Shown here in pieces: positions 1 to 12,600 of a DNA stretch of 64,000 nt. The stretch spans positions 6,572,001 through 6,636,000 of the forward strand of contig CM106585.1 in NCBI GenBank assembly GCA_048013815.1. The letters run 5' to 3'. The DNA comes from Setoptus koraiensis (Eukaryota; Animalia; Arthropoda). Numbering within the stretch: position 1 is the first letter of the stretch; each line of letters opens with the position of its first letter. The position numbers and the translations under genes were made by a program. Below the pieces are notes generated by a model, which saw only the letters and a list, made by a program, of their open reading frames with translations, did no database searches and was not told the origin of the DNA.

Positions 1-559
1 GCGTGACACAAACGAATCCACAAGCAGGAGAGTATTTTATCAATCAATCATTTCAGTTATAATATTAATAGTCTTAGCAACGTGGCAAATATTATATCTA
101 AGAAGGTTTTTCAAAGCCCGCAAATTAATAGATTAAACCTATATTTACAACTAATCTATCAACCAATAAATATATCACACTACTAGAATTCACATGAATA
201 ACGCCTCATTACTATCTTTCTCGCTCTGATCTCGTATTGCTATTGGCATTGTACTTGGGCTTGTGATATGAAACGTTGTCAGTTGCCTACAATAATCTGG
301 ACCTCTTAACACCTAATATTGTTGTACTGTATGAACCGGTCTTTTTTTATATCTGCTTTGGTAACAGTGCTGCCATCCAGTTTCTAAAGCGCGCTATCTG
401 CTCTGTAAGTAAACTGCTCCGTGCACAGCCAACCGCCGGTGCACCACCATGCGGTGTCCATGTCGTAACTTGGTCAGTATTTTTTTGCAAGATATTTCTT
501 TCATTTACTGTCTAGATTATCATTGCTTCCTTGTTAGACAGAAATCACTTCCACCAATA

Positions 560-2254
560 ATGGCCTCGTTGAATAGAGCAATACCCTCCAAGATAAGATG
601 CATCAGCAGGATATGTGGTAATACGTTAAATGATCATCGGTTGATGATGTCAACGGCAAAACTTATAGAAACAGAAGAGAGTAGAAAGTTGAAAAATCTT
701 AGTAGAGCAGACTATAGTATAAAAGAGAGGATCCCTTTCAGTAATGCCCCCCCAACCAAGGCCCCTACTATGATAGAATCGCTGGATATTCAAATCAAAG
801 ATAGAAAGCATCACGTTAGTTTCACGGCCGATGAAGTGATTAAATGGATCAGATTCGGGCTATTGGATCCAAATATTGCAACTCAGTATTGTTTCTTTTT
901 GTCAAAATTCTGCAAGTCCTGCAGCGAGGAGGATCAAAAATATTTTGGTAGATTTATTATAAAAATTCTCCAATTAGTAGCGAATCGCAAATTGCCAAAT
1001 TCAGTCAAGGCAAAACTCTGCTCAGAGGCAGCCGCTGCAACTCCAGAGGTTTGTCACGAAGTTGTTACAAAAATCATTGATATCTTTGGGGAATCGGATT
1101 CTTGGTCACCAATCAGATATTCTGAAATTCTGATTGCATGTTATAAATTCTCGTTGATTGAAGATGCTGAAAAACTTTTGGACAAATATGGCTCAATTAT
1201 AGTCACAGAGAGTGCGGTTGACGCTCTCTTAGACATGATGAACAACCATAGTGTGCACGAATCGAAAGACAAGAAAGATCAGGCAACAAATGCAACCAAA
1301 GAGTCTTTAGTTAATCATTTCGTTAAGGTCATGAGTAATTTAGAGATCAAACAAAGTGCTATGATTTGTCGAGATAGGGACTCACGTTTGTCAGGACTGG
1401 AGAAGTGTGGAATATCGATCACTAGAGACGCCAACATCAAATATGGTGGAAAATGCACCAATTGTAACAACCATGTGCCGCTGCTGGAGAAACAAATTGC
1501 CCAAACAATTCATACTGCCATAAAAACGAATTGTTTTGACCAACAGTCATTTCTAAACAAAACATCAACGCCCCAAGAAATCGAGCGTTTTGAGAAATTC
1601 CTCGACAATCTTTATAAGAGAGACCGCAAACCTCTCGATCTAGTTATTGACGGCTTAAATATCGCGTTCAACAAAAACTACAGTTTTAAGGTAGATGAAA
1701 CTATTCAATCGGATGGCGTCAAAAAAATTGTGAGGGACACTTCGAACTCAGATGCACTTTCTCAAAGGTTAGTCAATACAATCATTAGGACTGAAGTGCT
1801 CAATAATTATCGCAGAATCCTCCTAATAGGTAGATTCTCTATGAAACATTGGCGTGGTTTAACTTTCTTCTTGAATAAGCACAACGTGGACGTATTTTTT
1901 CTAGACGCCAAGTCGAATGACGATTTATTCACACTGTATGCCGCCACAAAATATCCAAAAACGCTGTTCATGTCCAATGATCTGATGAGGCAACATATCC
2001 CCATCTTATTCAAAGAAAGCGATGAGGGGAAAAAAGACATGTCGCTTTGGTTGGAGACTCATCAAATTATGGTTACAACCAAGTTACAGGCCTTAAGACC
2101 TAAGCCTTATTGCAGGATCCCTTCAGTGCTGCCTGAAAAAAGAATCATGCACCTGCCCGTCTTTGACTTTGACAAATACAATGAATTTGTTATAAAGAAT
2201 ACAGTACACGAGCTGCCCGGATCAGTATTCACCTGGCTATGTTGTAAATACTAA
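560..2254 (+). CDS. PRORP: Protein-only mitochondrial RNase P catalytic subunit (PRORP/MRPP3), intronless, about 564 aa
   Basis: NYN nuclease motifs VIDGLN, SNDDLFTLYAA and MSNDLMRQH. Split zinc site CTNC ... IMHLP ... WLC at the C-terminus. Helical PPR-like N-terminal half. Start placed at ATG 560 (MASLNRAIPSKIR, basic presequence-like) rather than the track's 449. Confidence 0.9.
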   Translation: MASLNRAIPSKIRCISRICGNTLNDHRLMMSTAKLIETEESRKLKNLSRADYSIKERIPFSNAPPTKAPTMIESLDIQIKDRKHHVSFTADEVIKWIRFGLLDPNIATQYCFFLSKFCKSCSEEDQKYFGRFIIKILQLVANRKLPNSVKAKLCSEAAAATPEVCHEVVTKIIDIFGESDSWSPIRYSEILIACYKFSLIEDAEKLLDKYGSIIVTESAVDALLDMMNNHSVHESKDKKDQATNATKESLVNHFVKVMSNLEIKQSAMICRDRDSRLSGLEKCGISITRDANIKYGGKCTNCNNHVPLLEKQIAQTIHTAIKTNCFDQQSFLNKTSTPQEIERFEKFLDNLYKRDRKPLDLVIDGLNIAFNKNYSFKVDETIQSDGVKKIVRDTSNSDALSQRLVNTIIRTEVLNNYRRILLIGRFSMKHWRGLTFFLNKHNVDVFFLDAKSNDDLFTLYAATKYPKTLFMSNDLMRQHIPILFKESDEGKKDMSLWLETHQIMVTTKLQALRPKPYCRIPSVLPEKRIMHLPVFDFDKYNEFVIKNTVHELPGSVFTWLCCKY

Positions 2255-2468
2255 ATCCCATGATGATGTAATGTGGAATAAAAAGATGGATTTGATAATA
2301 AAGTGATATTTTTTTAATAATGATACCTTTCTTTTTATTGCATATTAACTATAAACTTTTTTGATGTTTAGCATTATATTATATATAACATGAGTTGTCA
2401 GCTGCTTCAGACAGATTATTGGGAGGCGATGATATGAAACTTACACATGAAAGACAAATATAATCCAA

Positions 2469-2984
2469 TCAAATGTCCTGCTTGCGCATTTTGTCTGCTT
2501 TTATTCGGCGCAAATGTGCAAGTTTACGTTTCTCAACATAATCATTGACAAAGGTATCATATGGAATATCTCCAGTCAGAAATGATTTGGCAATATTTTC
2601 ACTCTCTTCTTCAGCCTCTGTTGTGGCACTTAACATAACAGCCAATGTGGATTCTAGCGAGGTCCTTTGTGATATTTCAACTAATTTAGCTCCTTTCTCT
2701 TCTATTTCAGCCTTCAGCTGATTAGCTTCGTCGACAGCCGCGACTAGTTTACTTCTATCTGTTTCAAATGTCGGCTGTCTAGCTAGATTGAATTCTGCTA
2801 GGCTCTTCACTGAAGCTATCAACATTTCTCGCTCAGTTTCCAAGCTTTTTACTTTGTCTAAATTATTTACAAACTCGTCTATTTTTTCATCTGACGTTGC
2901 ATTGCATAACTCTTTGAGCTCCTCATTACTTAGTTTCTCTAATTCTTTTAAGGCAGCTGAAATGTCTGTCTGATAAAAAGCCAT
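2469..2984 (-). CDS. VPS37: ESCRT-I subunit Vps37 (Mod(r) domain), intronless, 171 aa
   Basis: LEKLSNEELKEL, SLAEFNLARQP and the C-terminal AEEESENIAKSFLTG...FVNDYVEKRKLAHLRRIKADKM match the Vps37/Mod(r) pattern. Length is typical. Confidence 0.88.
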   Translation of the reverse strand: MAFYQTDISAALKELEKLSNEELKELCNATSDEKIDEFVNNLDKVKSLETEREMLIASVKSLAEFNLARQPTFETDRSKLVAAVDEANQLKAEIEEKGAKLVEISQRTSLESTLAVMLSATTEAEEESENIAKSFLTGDIPYDTFVNDYVEKRKLAHLRRIKADKMRKQDI

Positions 2985-3587
2985 GATTGATTGTTATTCG
3001 TGTGGTTTTTACAAGTTTGTTTCTTTAAATATCGGGGCCCTGTTGACAATGGACAACAACAATAATTAGCTTTAGTGACAATATATTGTTAGCAACAATA
3101 ATCATACATGTAGATATGTAATAAAAACAACGATTCAATAATAATAATAACAACAAGGATGAATCGCAAGTAGCGTGCGCACATTAACACATGATATTGA
3201 TATGGTGAGTCTATCAGCGATGCATTGCAATTGATTTGCAATGGGTGTCGTTTGGCTGTAGTGCTCATCTAACCACTAGTAAGATATTTTTCGTAAAATA
3301 GTGCGTTATTCAGCTGTATCGACCGGCAGAATTAGAGTGCACTAATACAAGCAATACGACTACAATTATTCAAGCGCGTAATTCAAGCGATTTTGCAGAG
3401 AAAAATTTCGTAGGATATTGTGATGTAATTGTTGCAATTGATTTATTGAGCCTCATTGAAACCAAATCAATGACTCTCTAACAAGAAGAATGAGATTTGC
3501 TAAACAAAAACAAGAGCTGAAATAGACGCTCTACTAATCTAATGTGATTGCCCGTCGGGCTCCCCATTGCCAATCTCAGTACAGATC

Positions 3588-4421
<834 letters not shown>

Positions 4422-5141
4422 CTAGTCAGTAAAGTTAGGTCTGTTTTACTAGGTAAATAGTTTCTTTTATTGAAAGCCTCTGTTAATCACTTTTTCTGTT
4501 GATTTTATTTCAAGTGACTTGAATGTATATTTGTTAATAATTATATATGATATCTGTAACTCTGACGACGTTTGACGGTCGGGAAATAATGAGAGGACGT
4601 AGGATTGATCTCAGCTCGGATGCTTTTAGTGGCATGATGGAGTTATTCGTCGAGCGAGTGCAACTTGAACGTAACACTCGTGCATGAGCGAAAGGCTTTG
4701 TGACGCGCCTAAGGCTATTCAAATTTAGTACATCTGCACCACTTTCGATAATGCAGCGTTTACACGTATAGGCGGCGCTCGTTGTTGTCATTCATTTGAA
4801 CGTGCCACAGATGATTTCAATAAACAAAATATTTTTACACAATAGAATCGATGTCAAATGTGATGCAATAACATCATTCCAACAAACATTTCCTCATTAT
4901 ACCAATCAACCCAACAAATAAATAGGCCAAATAATTGATTATTATATTATCAGTGTATGGTAAGTAATTATTGTTTCTACTCTTATTTAGTAACGTGAAT
5001 CCAGCATATAACACGCCTTTTTTTCCAACTATTCACTTGATAATTGTTATGAAGACACAATGTTCTGAAAGAACATTTCTGGCCAATGTTCCCAATAATA
5101 CAGTATTGCACCGTCGACAAACAAGATTGAGAACCAAAACA

Positions 5142-6924
5142 ATGCGATTCGTTTGTATTGAGCGTGCCCTTTACTGGGCTCTATGGACGGGAGCCATACT
5201 CTATTCACTATACAAGTTTGCTAAGAAATGCCAACAACAACAGTATCTGCTGGAAAATCAGCAAGATCTCAAGGATGGAACATTGAATCCGAATCTCTAT
5301 GATGCATCTGACTTCGAGTGGCAGACTCTCAAGACTCTGTACCAAAATAACTGGTACATAGTGATGATACATTTTATAATATCCAACATATTTGTAGTCT
5401 ACAACAAACCAGAGGTGAGCAACTAACATTTACAGGCTAAGCTCGCATATTTTATTTTAGTCACACCTTCTCACATGTTATACCCTTCTTTTCCTATTTC
5501 TTGTTCGTTGTTTACAGCTCAAATTGATACTATGGATGATTACTACAGCCTATGCGATTTGCAAAGTCTTGAATTTGAGTGCTTTACTACTCGTTTCTGT
5601 CAATGTGATCATGTTGATTCTTATTGCGGTACTGGGCAAAAACGTTCTATGCTATGTACTATGTTTTGGTGTTGTAGTAGCAACCCAGACTACTGACATA
5701 GCAAACAAAATATTTGGTACTGGACTACCGGAGGCAGTGTTTGCCCAAAAGAAATATTTGCTAACTGTATCATTGTGCTATTTGAATGCACGTGGTCTAA
5801 GCGCAACACTAGACAATCTAACCGCTAGAGAAAAAGAACAATTACAATCTGGAAGGGGAGAATTCTTCGAAAAAGTACTAACAATATCCGCCTATTTACT
5901 ATATCTGCCGGGATTTTTCACTGGCCCAATATACATATACGATGACTTTGAGAAGACTGTCCGCTCCAGTGAGAGGCCAGACCAGGTCTTTATAAGTGGA
6001 AGATACCTTAAGATAATGTTGACAATATTCAAGTTTATAACCAACGTACTAATTTATGAGTGGATGTTGCATTGGCTTTACTCATCTGCGGTCGCCTATC
6101 AGCCATTACTGTTGACCCATTATGACGCTTGGCAACTATCGGGTTTTGGATTTTCATTGTGCATCCTATTCTTCATGAAATATCGATGTATTTACAGTTT
6201 CTTCAAATTGATTGCGAGCTTAGATGGCAATCCATCAATATCGCCCCCAATGCCACAATGTGTAGCCGTTATACATCGTAGCTCTCATTTATGGAGATAC
6301 TTTGACGTTGGCCTATACCGTTGGCTCATTAAGTGAGTACCATGTTCAAGTACCTCTCTACAAATCACATCTACCGATATTTTTTCTAGACACTGACATT
6401 GTTTGTTGCCTTCATCTCAAACCAGGTACATTTATAAACCCATCTCAAGGCCCAGCTATCGTTTAGCAAATAGGATTTTGGCAACATCAGTCTGTTTTGG
6501 ATGTGTAACTCTATGGCATCTGCCAATGACACAAGCTTTGATTCTTTGGATTGCGTTCAATCTGCTTTGTGTCAATTGCGAGATGATAGCCAATGTTGTT
6601 TCGTTGACTACCCACTGGAAGTGGCTCGAAAGTATGCTCAACAGACCGAGCTTATTAAGATTACACGCTCTACTCAGCGTACCTTTCTTTGCTATGGCTC
6701 TTCTGTCGAACATATTCTTCTTGTCAAACGAAGATGTCGGATCTCACCTAGTCAGTCGCCTGCTAAGCAAAACGTCATTCACTGCCTCATTAGCGCTGTT
6801 CCTTTATTTCGGAGCAAATGTCTCTATTGATTATCATAGCCACAAGCATTCGAAAGATGAATCCGTTGGTGTGTTTTATTGTCATGGCGACAAATCTCAA
6901 GCGAAGAAAGCCCATCGTCAGTAG
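5142..6924 (+). CDS. HHAT: Protein-cysteine N-palmitoyltransferase HHAT/Rasp-like (MBOAT), 3 exons, about 528 aa
   Basis: Exons 5142-5414, 5518-6332 and 6426-6924. GT-AG introns 5415-5517 (GTGAGC...pyrimidine tract TTTACAG) and 6333-6425 (GTGAGT...CAG) restore one frame. Motifs DASDFEW, YLLYLPGFFTGPI, HLWRYFDVGLYRWLIKYIYKP and active-site TLWH. Confidence 0.88.
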
Positions 6925-7270
6925 AAAGTTTCCAACCCAACGACCACTCATACACTGTACACTTATCTCATTTATATTAACATTCTCAAACGGATGATCT
7001 CAACACCAATATTTGGGTATTTTTGCCTGTGTGAGACACGTGCAGAAATTATATTATTACCGGCATACAACTACCGATAGAGTAACATTTAGACTTGATA
7101 CCGATTCACAGAAGATAGATCCAAGTTAGCCGACCAGAACATTCAGAGATCTCATGTACTGACGATTCATTCTTATCTTTAAGTGGTCTATTGTTGCAGT
7201 AATTATGTAATGAACATAACCATAAAGTAGGCTCACAAGGAGCCTTATAATTCATAATACATTCCAATCA

Positions 7271-8042
7271 TCAATCAGTTTTCAATTTAGGATATAGTTG
7301 TTTCTCGCAATCAACATAACTACAACGATTTGGATAGATTGAAAGTAACCGTGGATAGGTGTCTGCGACGCTTTTAGTGCAACTCAATGGTAATAAATTA
7401 TCCGGAATGTTATTTGACCGCTCATATTTGTAGTTGATATTAAAGGGCCTTAATGCCTAAATGTTCAACTAGTTCGTGAGCATCACAAGTATCGCCACAC
7501 ATTAACCATAGTGCGGGAGATTGCACTTGTGGGAATATTGCATTTTTACATGAATTAAATAGGGCCTGAATAAACTGTTCGCTTATGTTGTATTGAATTC
7601 TATCAACTGCAAATTTATTCTTGTATTTCGACCTGTCCAGTATCTGTATGAATTGTGCTTGGTTTGGGTTGCAAATTAATTGGCCAAACAGGCAAGCAAA
7701 ATTGACAAAACAAGACGGACAGGAACCCAATAGAGCCTTTGCCTGGGCCATTCCATCGATGAAATCGCTGATTTGTTGATTATTACAATAAAGCGGACTG
7801 TCTATCGAAACATTAAGTGATGGCACAAGAGCGTCTAATTGGTTTAGGAGGGAACCATTTTTAACTATTTGCGGGGGCCCGTCGCGGGTACAAGGAACTG
7901 GCAGGTCTCCTGTAGGCCCGGCAATTTTTCCACGAGTTTCGAAGCCCATGACACACCTGTCGGTGGCGGCGGCCTCACACAGTCGACTGCCCGCTACAAT
8001 AGCGGCTACGAAGCAGGTGATAATCAAATAGCGCCTATCCAT
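7271..8042 (-). CDS. NPC1 N-terminal sterol-binding-domain protein with signal peptide; frame 0 ends at 7440, and the rest of the domain continues in the +1 frame (7456-7271)
   Basis: Signal peptide MDRRYLIITCFVAAIVAGSRLCEA. NPC1-NTD motifs PLYC, LLGSCPSCFVNF, LICNPNQAQFI, ALFNSCKN and LMCGDTC. The +1 frame reads RPFNINY...LSCTKSV...RCSYVDC. Could be a frameshifted gene, a pseudogene or an assembly indel. Confidence 0.8.
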
Positions 8043-11000
8043 GATAGTATCTCGTAGTTAGTTCAGTTGTCGAGGTTGCTGTAGGTATCAGTTGTATAGT
8101 ATGGTGGCGGTAGTGGCGGTGGCAGCAATAATAGTAATCACAATGATCAATAGTAGCGAATTCAGTAGCAAAGTCAATAACTGCATCGGTAATAATATTA
8201 ATACAATGATCTATAATAATGGTAATTATACTAATTCTATTATCATACAATAAAAGAAAAATATGTTATTCTGAGTCGTCAGGGTGTCTCGAAATATTTT
8301 CTGCCATTTTTAGTATAAAACTATCAGTACATTGGCTCAGGAGAGAGTTTCTAGAGTTAAAAATCGATTCGAGTCTAGTGCCATACTATTTTCCAACATA
8401 CAGAAAGAGTATTGGTGAGAAAAAGAAAACGAGAAATTAATAAAACTATTTTCCGGATATTTGTCTCTTCAAGAGCCATCTGAAACCCTCTGAACGGGTA
8501 GATTGTTTATCGCTGAGGTTGATTAGATATGCTGAGAGATGGATACACGGATGTGACGTACATGCATGAAGAATAAATGAATTTCCAATTGCTCAGAGAA
8601 AGAAAGAGACAGTTTAGGTTGTGCTTCTTTTTCCTATTTCTCACTACTCGATAATTAAAACACATCGAGCTGGGATCAGGCACCAACAAACCCTAGCAAG
8701 CTTTCTAACGACCAATTAGGCCAACGGGCTCTAATATTCAGACTGGTATTGTGTGTTGCAGAGTCAAATCAGTTTGATCAACGTCACAGTCGTGTAATGA
8801 TCAAGTCTATTCAGTCGATATTATTATAGGTGGGTATTAAAACTAGCAGCTGCCAGTTGAGTAGATGGAAAACATATCACAATTTACTAACAACCTACAC
8901 ACGAATATGCTAACAAGGTAAAGAGACTGGCGGAATGAAGGAATAAAAACACATTTTGACTGTTGGACTTGTAAATATGGAGAGTTAGTTTCTCTATCAT
9001 CATCCTATATGGTTATGTAATATGATTTTATTAGATTAGGGAGCAACTATAATTATAATCATCATCATCATCATCATAATGATCATCAAGCACATGCAAT
9101 AGGCCAGTGATTTATATAGGATCATCAAATCAAATCAATTCGATTTGTTTCGAGCCATTTGATTTGGTTCAGTTTGGTTCGATTTGATACCCTCCAAAGC
9201 GATCAGTTTGACTAAGCAAGCTGGTCGGTATCTGTGATAGCCAAGATTAATTAGGGACCCACCATTTCAAGCTCAAGGTACTTGTTTTCTCAGGTAATTA
9301 TTTCTCTCCTCGCCTAGCATAAACAGGTGAAGTGAATTTATATCTAAATGTCTAAATGGAGAGATAAATCGACGATGCTGCTCATCATTTAATTGCTGGT
9401 TCTTAAAGCATTTGTTTCTATTCTGGCAGCCTGAATAGTATGAGTACGAGTATGAGTATGAGCATTAGTATCATGAAATGGACATATTATGCAACAACAA
9501 TATTATGCAAGTCAGACAAGCCAGATGCAAGATGAGAGAGAGAGAGAGAGAGAATGGTAGAGAATAAGAAGGAGAGAAATAAGGAAAAAATTTTCTTCTC
9601 ATGGGCGTGATGATTACGTGGCCGCATTAGTGGTGGCCGGCGGCTGCTACCACTTGCTACCTCTTGATCATCATCATCATCATCATAATAATCATCATCA
9701 TCATTACATAATTCTGCTCTTTTTGTGTTATTTTTTCTCTCAAATAAAGCTAAAGTGGATATTCATCTATATATTGGCATTCTCAACTATAATGGCGATA
9801 TTTGTATTACAAGTTGCTTGTAACGCTTGATATGTGAGAGATCAACAAAACACGATAGAGGCAACTAAACACAAAATAGATCAATGATGGTTATAGGCAA
9901 GAGAAAGTCGTTAGTTTATTTGTTGCAGATGATCGATTGATGTGGCATTGGGCAAGCAAGTTATCTCACCTTACAGGCAACTCTTATTATATCTCTTTCT
10001 TTATGTGATGTGATGTGCAAAAGTTGCAACGAATGGGCATGCATTACACAACTACACATACAAACAACTATTACTATAATTATCATTATTGTAAATGATC
10101 ATTACAGCTCACATCACAGCTACAGCCGGCTAACAAGAACGGTCATGCGAGTAACAACAACAACAGCAACAAGAAATTATTGTTATCTATTTGCATATTT
10201 GTTAATGTTGGCGCGCTGAGAATTGAGACAGGCCGAACTGAAACGATCCACTTTGTTGTACACTCACACAATGCACTGGCTCTGCCCAAATTATCACCTG
10301 TTGTAGCTAACAACAACAACAACAACAACTTGATCATTGTATCATTGCTGTCGGCCGGCCAAGCGCCTATATGCATGTGCCAGGCATAATGTATAATATG
10401 TAATATGTAATAATATAATAGGAACATTATTACAATTGTGCCAATATAACAGTTGCCAGCGGACAAGCTCGAAACGTGATCAGTTTGCTTGCAGCAATAA
10501 TTTAAAGTTAAGTAGGATCGTTGTTGCTGTTGTTGTTGTCGTTGTTGTTGTTGTTGCTGTTGTTTGTTACCTGGTTGCGACTGCCTATACAATGTATACA
10601 ATGTAATATATAATATGTAATGTGTAATACAGTGCGAGCGCTGGCAACTTCAAATAGAAACAAGAACAATTATTTAATTTTAAAGAGAATCATCATTATG
10701 ATTTGTTGCCCTCTCCGGCCACTGGCACCCCTTTTGGCGTGCACTTGTTGTTGCTGTTGCTGTTGCCGTTAAAGCAAACAAAGCTACTCGTTTTGATCGC
10801 TTTGGCCGCTTATCTCGGCCGCTCAATCTGAGCTGTGAGTCTGGCGATCTAGCCACTTGAGCCTCGGTGATTACATTGGCAATTTACAGCAAGCTCATTG
10901 CGACCCCATTCAATCTCGATCAAATCTAATTCGATGCGATGCGATTTGATTTGATTCCGTGCCATGATTGTGCGCCCACCCGACTCACAATCCGACGCAC

Positions 11001-12600
11001 ACAAAAACAACAACCAACAACCAACGAGACTCTGTTAGTAGTGAGCCTGGCGATCACTAAAACAAGCAAGATAATTGTAATAATAATAATGATAATCATT
11101 GTTAATATGTTGCAAAACAACATTGTCTAACTGACTCATCATCATCGTTTCTCATGCCATGACTCACAAGTCAGCTGGCGTGTTTGCATTTGGTTGCGCA
11201 ACTATAAAGCGTCGAAAAGGATCGGATTTTCGTATCGTTTTCTCATTATGTTCACATTATTTTCGTGTTATTTTCATATCATTTTCATGCTGTTTTCATA
11301 TCATCTTCACGCTGCGTTTGTATCGTTTTCACATGGTTGCTGCTCAGACACAAACAGGCTTGCAGAGTCGGCGAGACCGTCGTGATCATTTTATAAGTTT
11401 GCCGATGCAAGTCATGACCGTGATTTGTACGCCCAAACAACATTAGCATTTGTCTATTATTATTGCTGCCATCACTATCAACCACGACGCAAAATATGTT
11501 TCAATTTGGCTTAGCTTTATTATTATTATTATTATTTGCCATTGGCCTGTATATAGGGTCATTAAGATTATGATGATACTCGCTCGGGTCGTTGTTGTGT
11601 TGGCGCTCATTTATCATTTATCAGTATTCATGGTTGTTGTTGTTGCTGGCAGTTGCGATAATGATGATCGTGGAGCGGCACGCAATAACTCACAGTTTCA
11701 CTCTATAGGCCTCTCAAATTGAGAGTCTCGATCGACTGAATAGTCGCTGTATCAGCAGCCAACGACAGCAACAACAACAACAACAACAACAACGACGACG
11801 ACGACGACGACGACGACGATTCAGTTCGCTGCTATTTGCATAATGGAATGCGAATTATGAGCACAGTTGACAAGAGTCGATTAGTCGGATATGAGCAGCT
11901 GCTCGTCGCTGTTGCGTCGCTTCTTTCGCATCGAGCGCTCGCTTCTTTTCAATCAATCAAAACAATCAATGGCGCTCTCATCGGGCGCACTTGTCGGGCC
12001 GCCAACAGTCGGCGTGACGTCGGCCCGCCGGCCGACGCAAATGGCAGCCGGGCCCCAACCAAACACATTAGCATTTGCATGTTCATTTGTTGTTGTTTAT
12101 TATTGTCGCTTACACACGTTATTGATCATTATTATTGATTTGCATATTGGCGTCGCTGTCGCAGGTTGTTAGGTTAGCTTGCCGGCGCTGGCCGGCAATT
12201 GCCACAGAATGATTTATTATTTTCGATTGCTTTTTCACATGCTCGCATGTTTTGCATACACATTGTCGATTGTTTGCCATTACATTAAATACAATTACAG
12301 TTGGCCGGCCCGTCGGCGCCCAAACACTATGTACACATTTATTTGTTTGTATATCTATATATTCATATATATATATATATAACATTTATTTTTTACATGA
12401 TACAGGCGATAATGGGCGCGATATATCGGGCGCAATATCAATTTCAGTCAATCAATCAATTGGCACCAATGCGCCACCTATAAAGCTACTAGTCCAATTG
12501 TTGCTTGCCTATAATGGCGCTCCGAGCGCGCATTGTGATACAATGATTGCATGATAATATCATCGTTGTACATACAACAATATCGGGTAACTATAATATG

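Noticed and set aside
449-559. Upstream starts offered by the ORF track (449 for PRORP, 4971 for HHAT, 44842 for ABCG)
   Set aside because: The extensions lack family similarity or use TTG/GTG. Downstream ATGs fit the expected N-termini better.
5415-5460. Shorter HHAT intron 1 (acceptors at 5435 or 5460)
   Set aside because: 5435 leads to a stop. 5460 is in frame but adds 19 residues that do not fit the family spacing, while 5517 has a strong pyrimidine tract. Minor use of 5460 is not excluded.
7449-7500. Intron as the explanation for the NPC1-NTD frameshift
   Set aside because: Frame-restoring GT-AG pairs are either only 13 nt long or would delete the conserved CGDTC segment.
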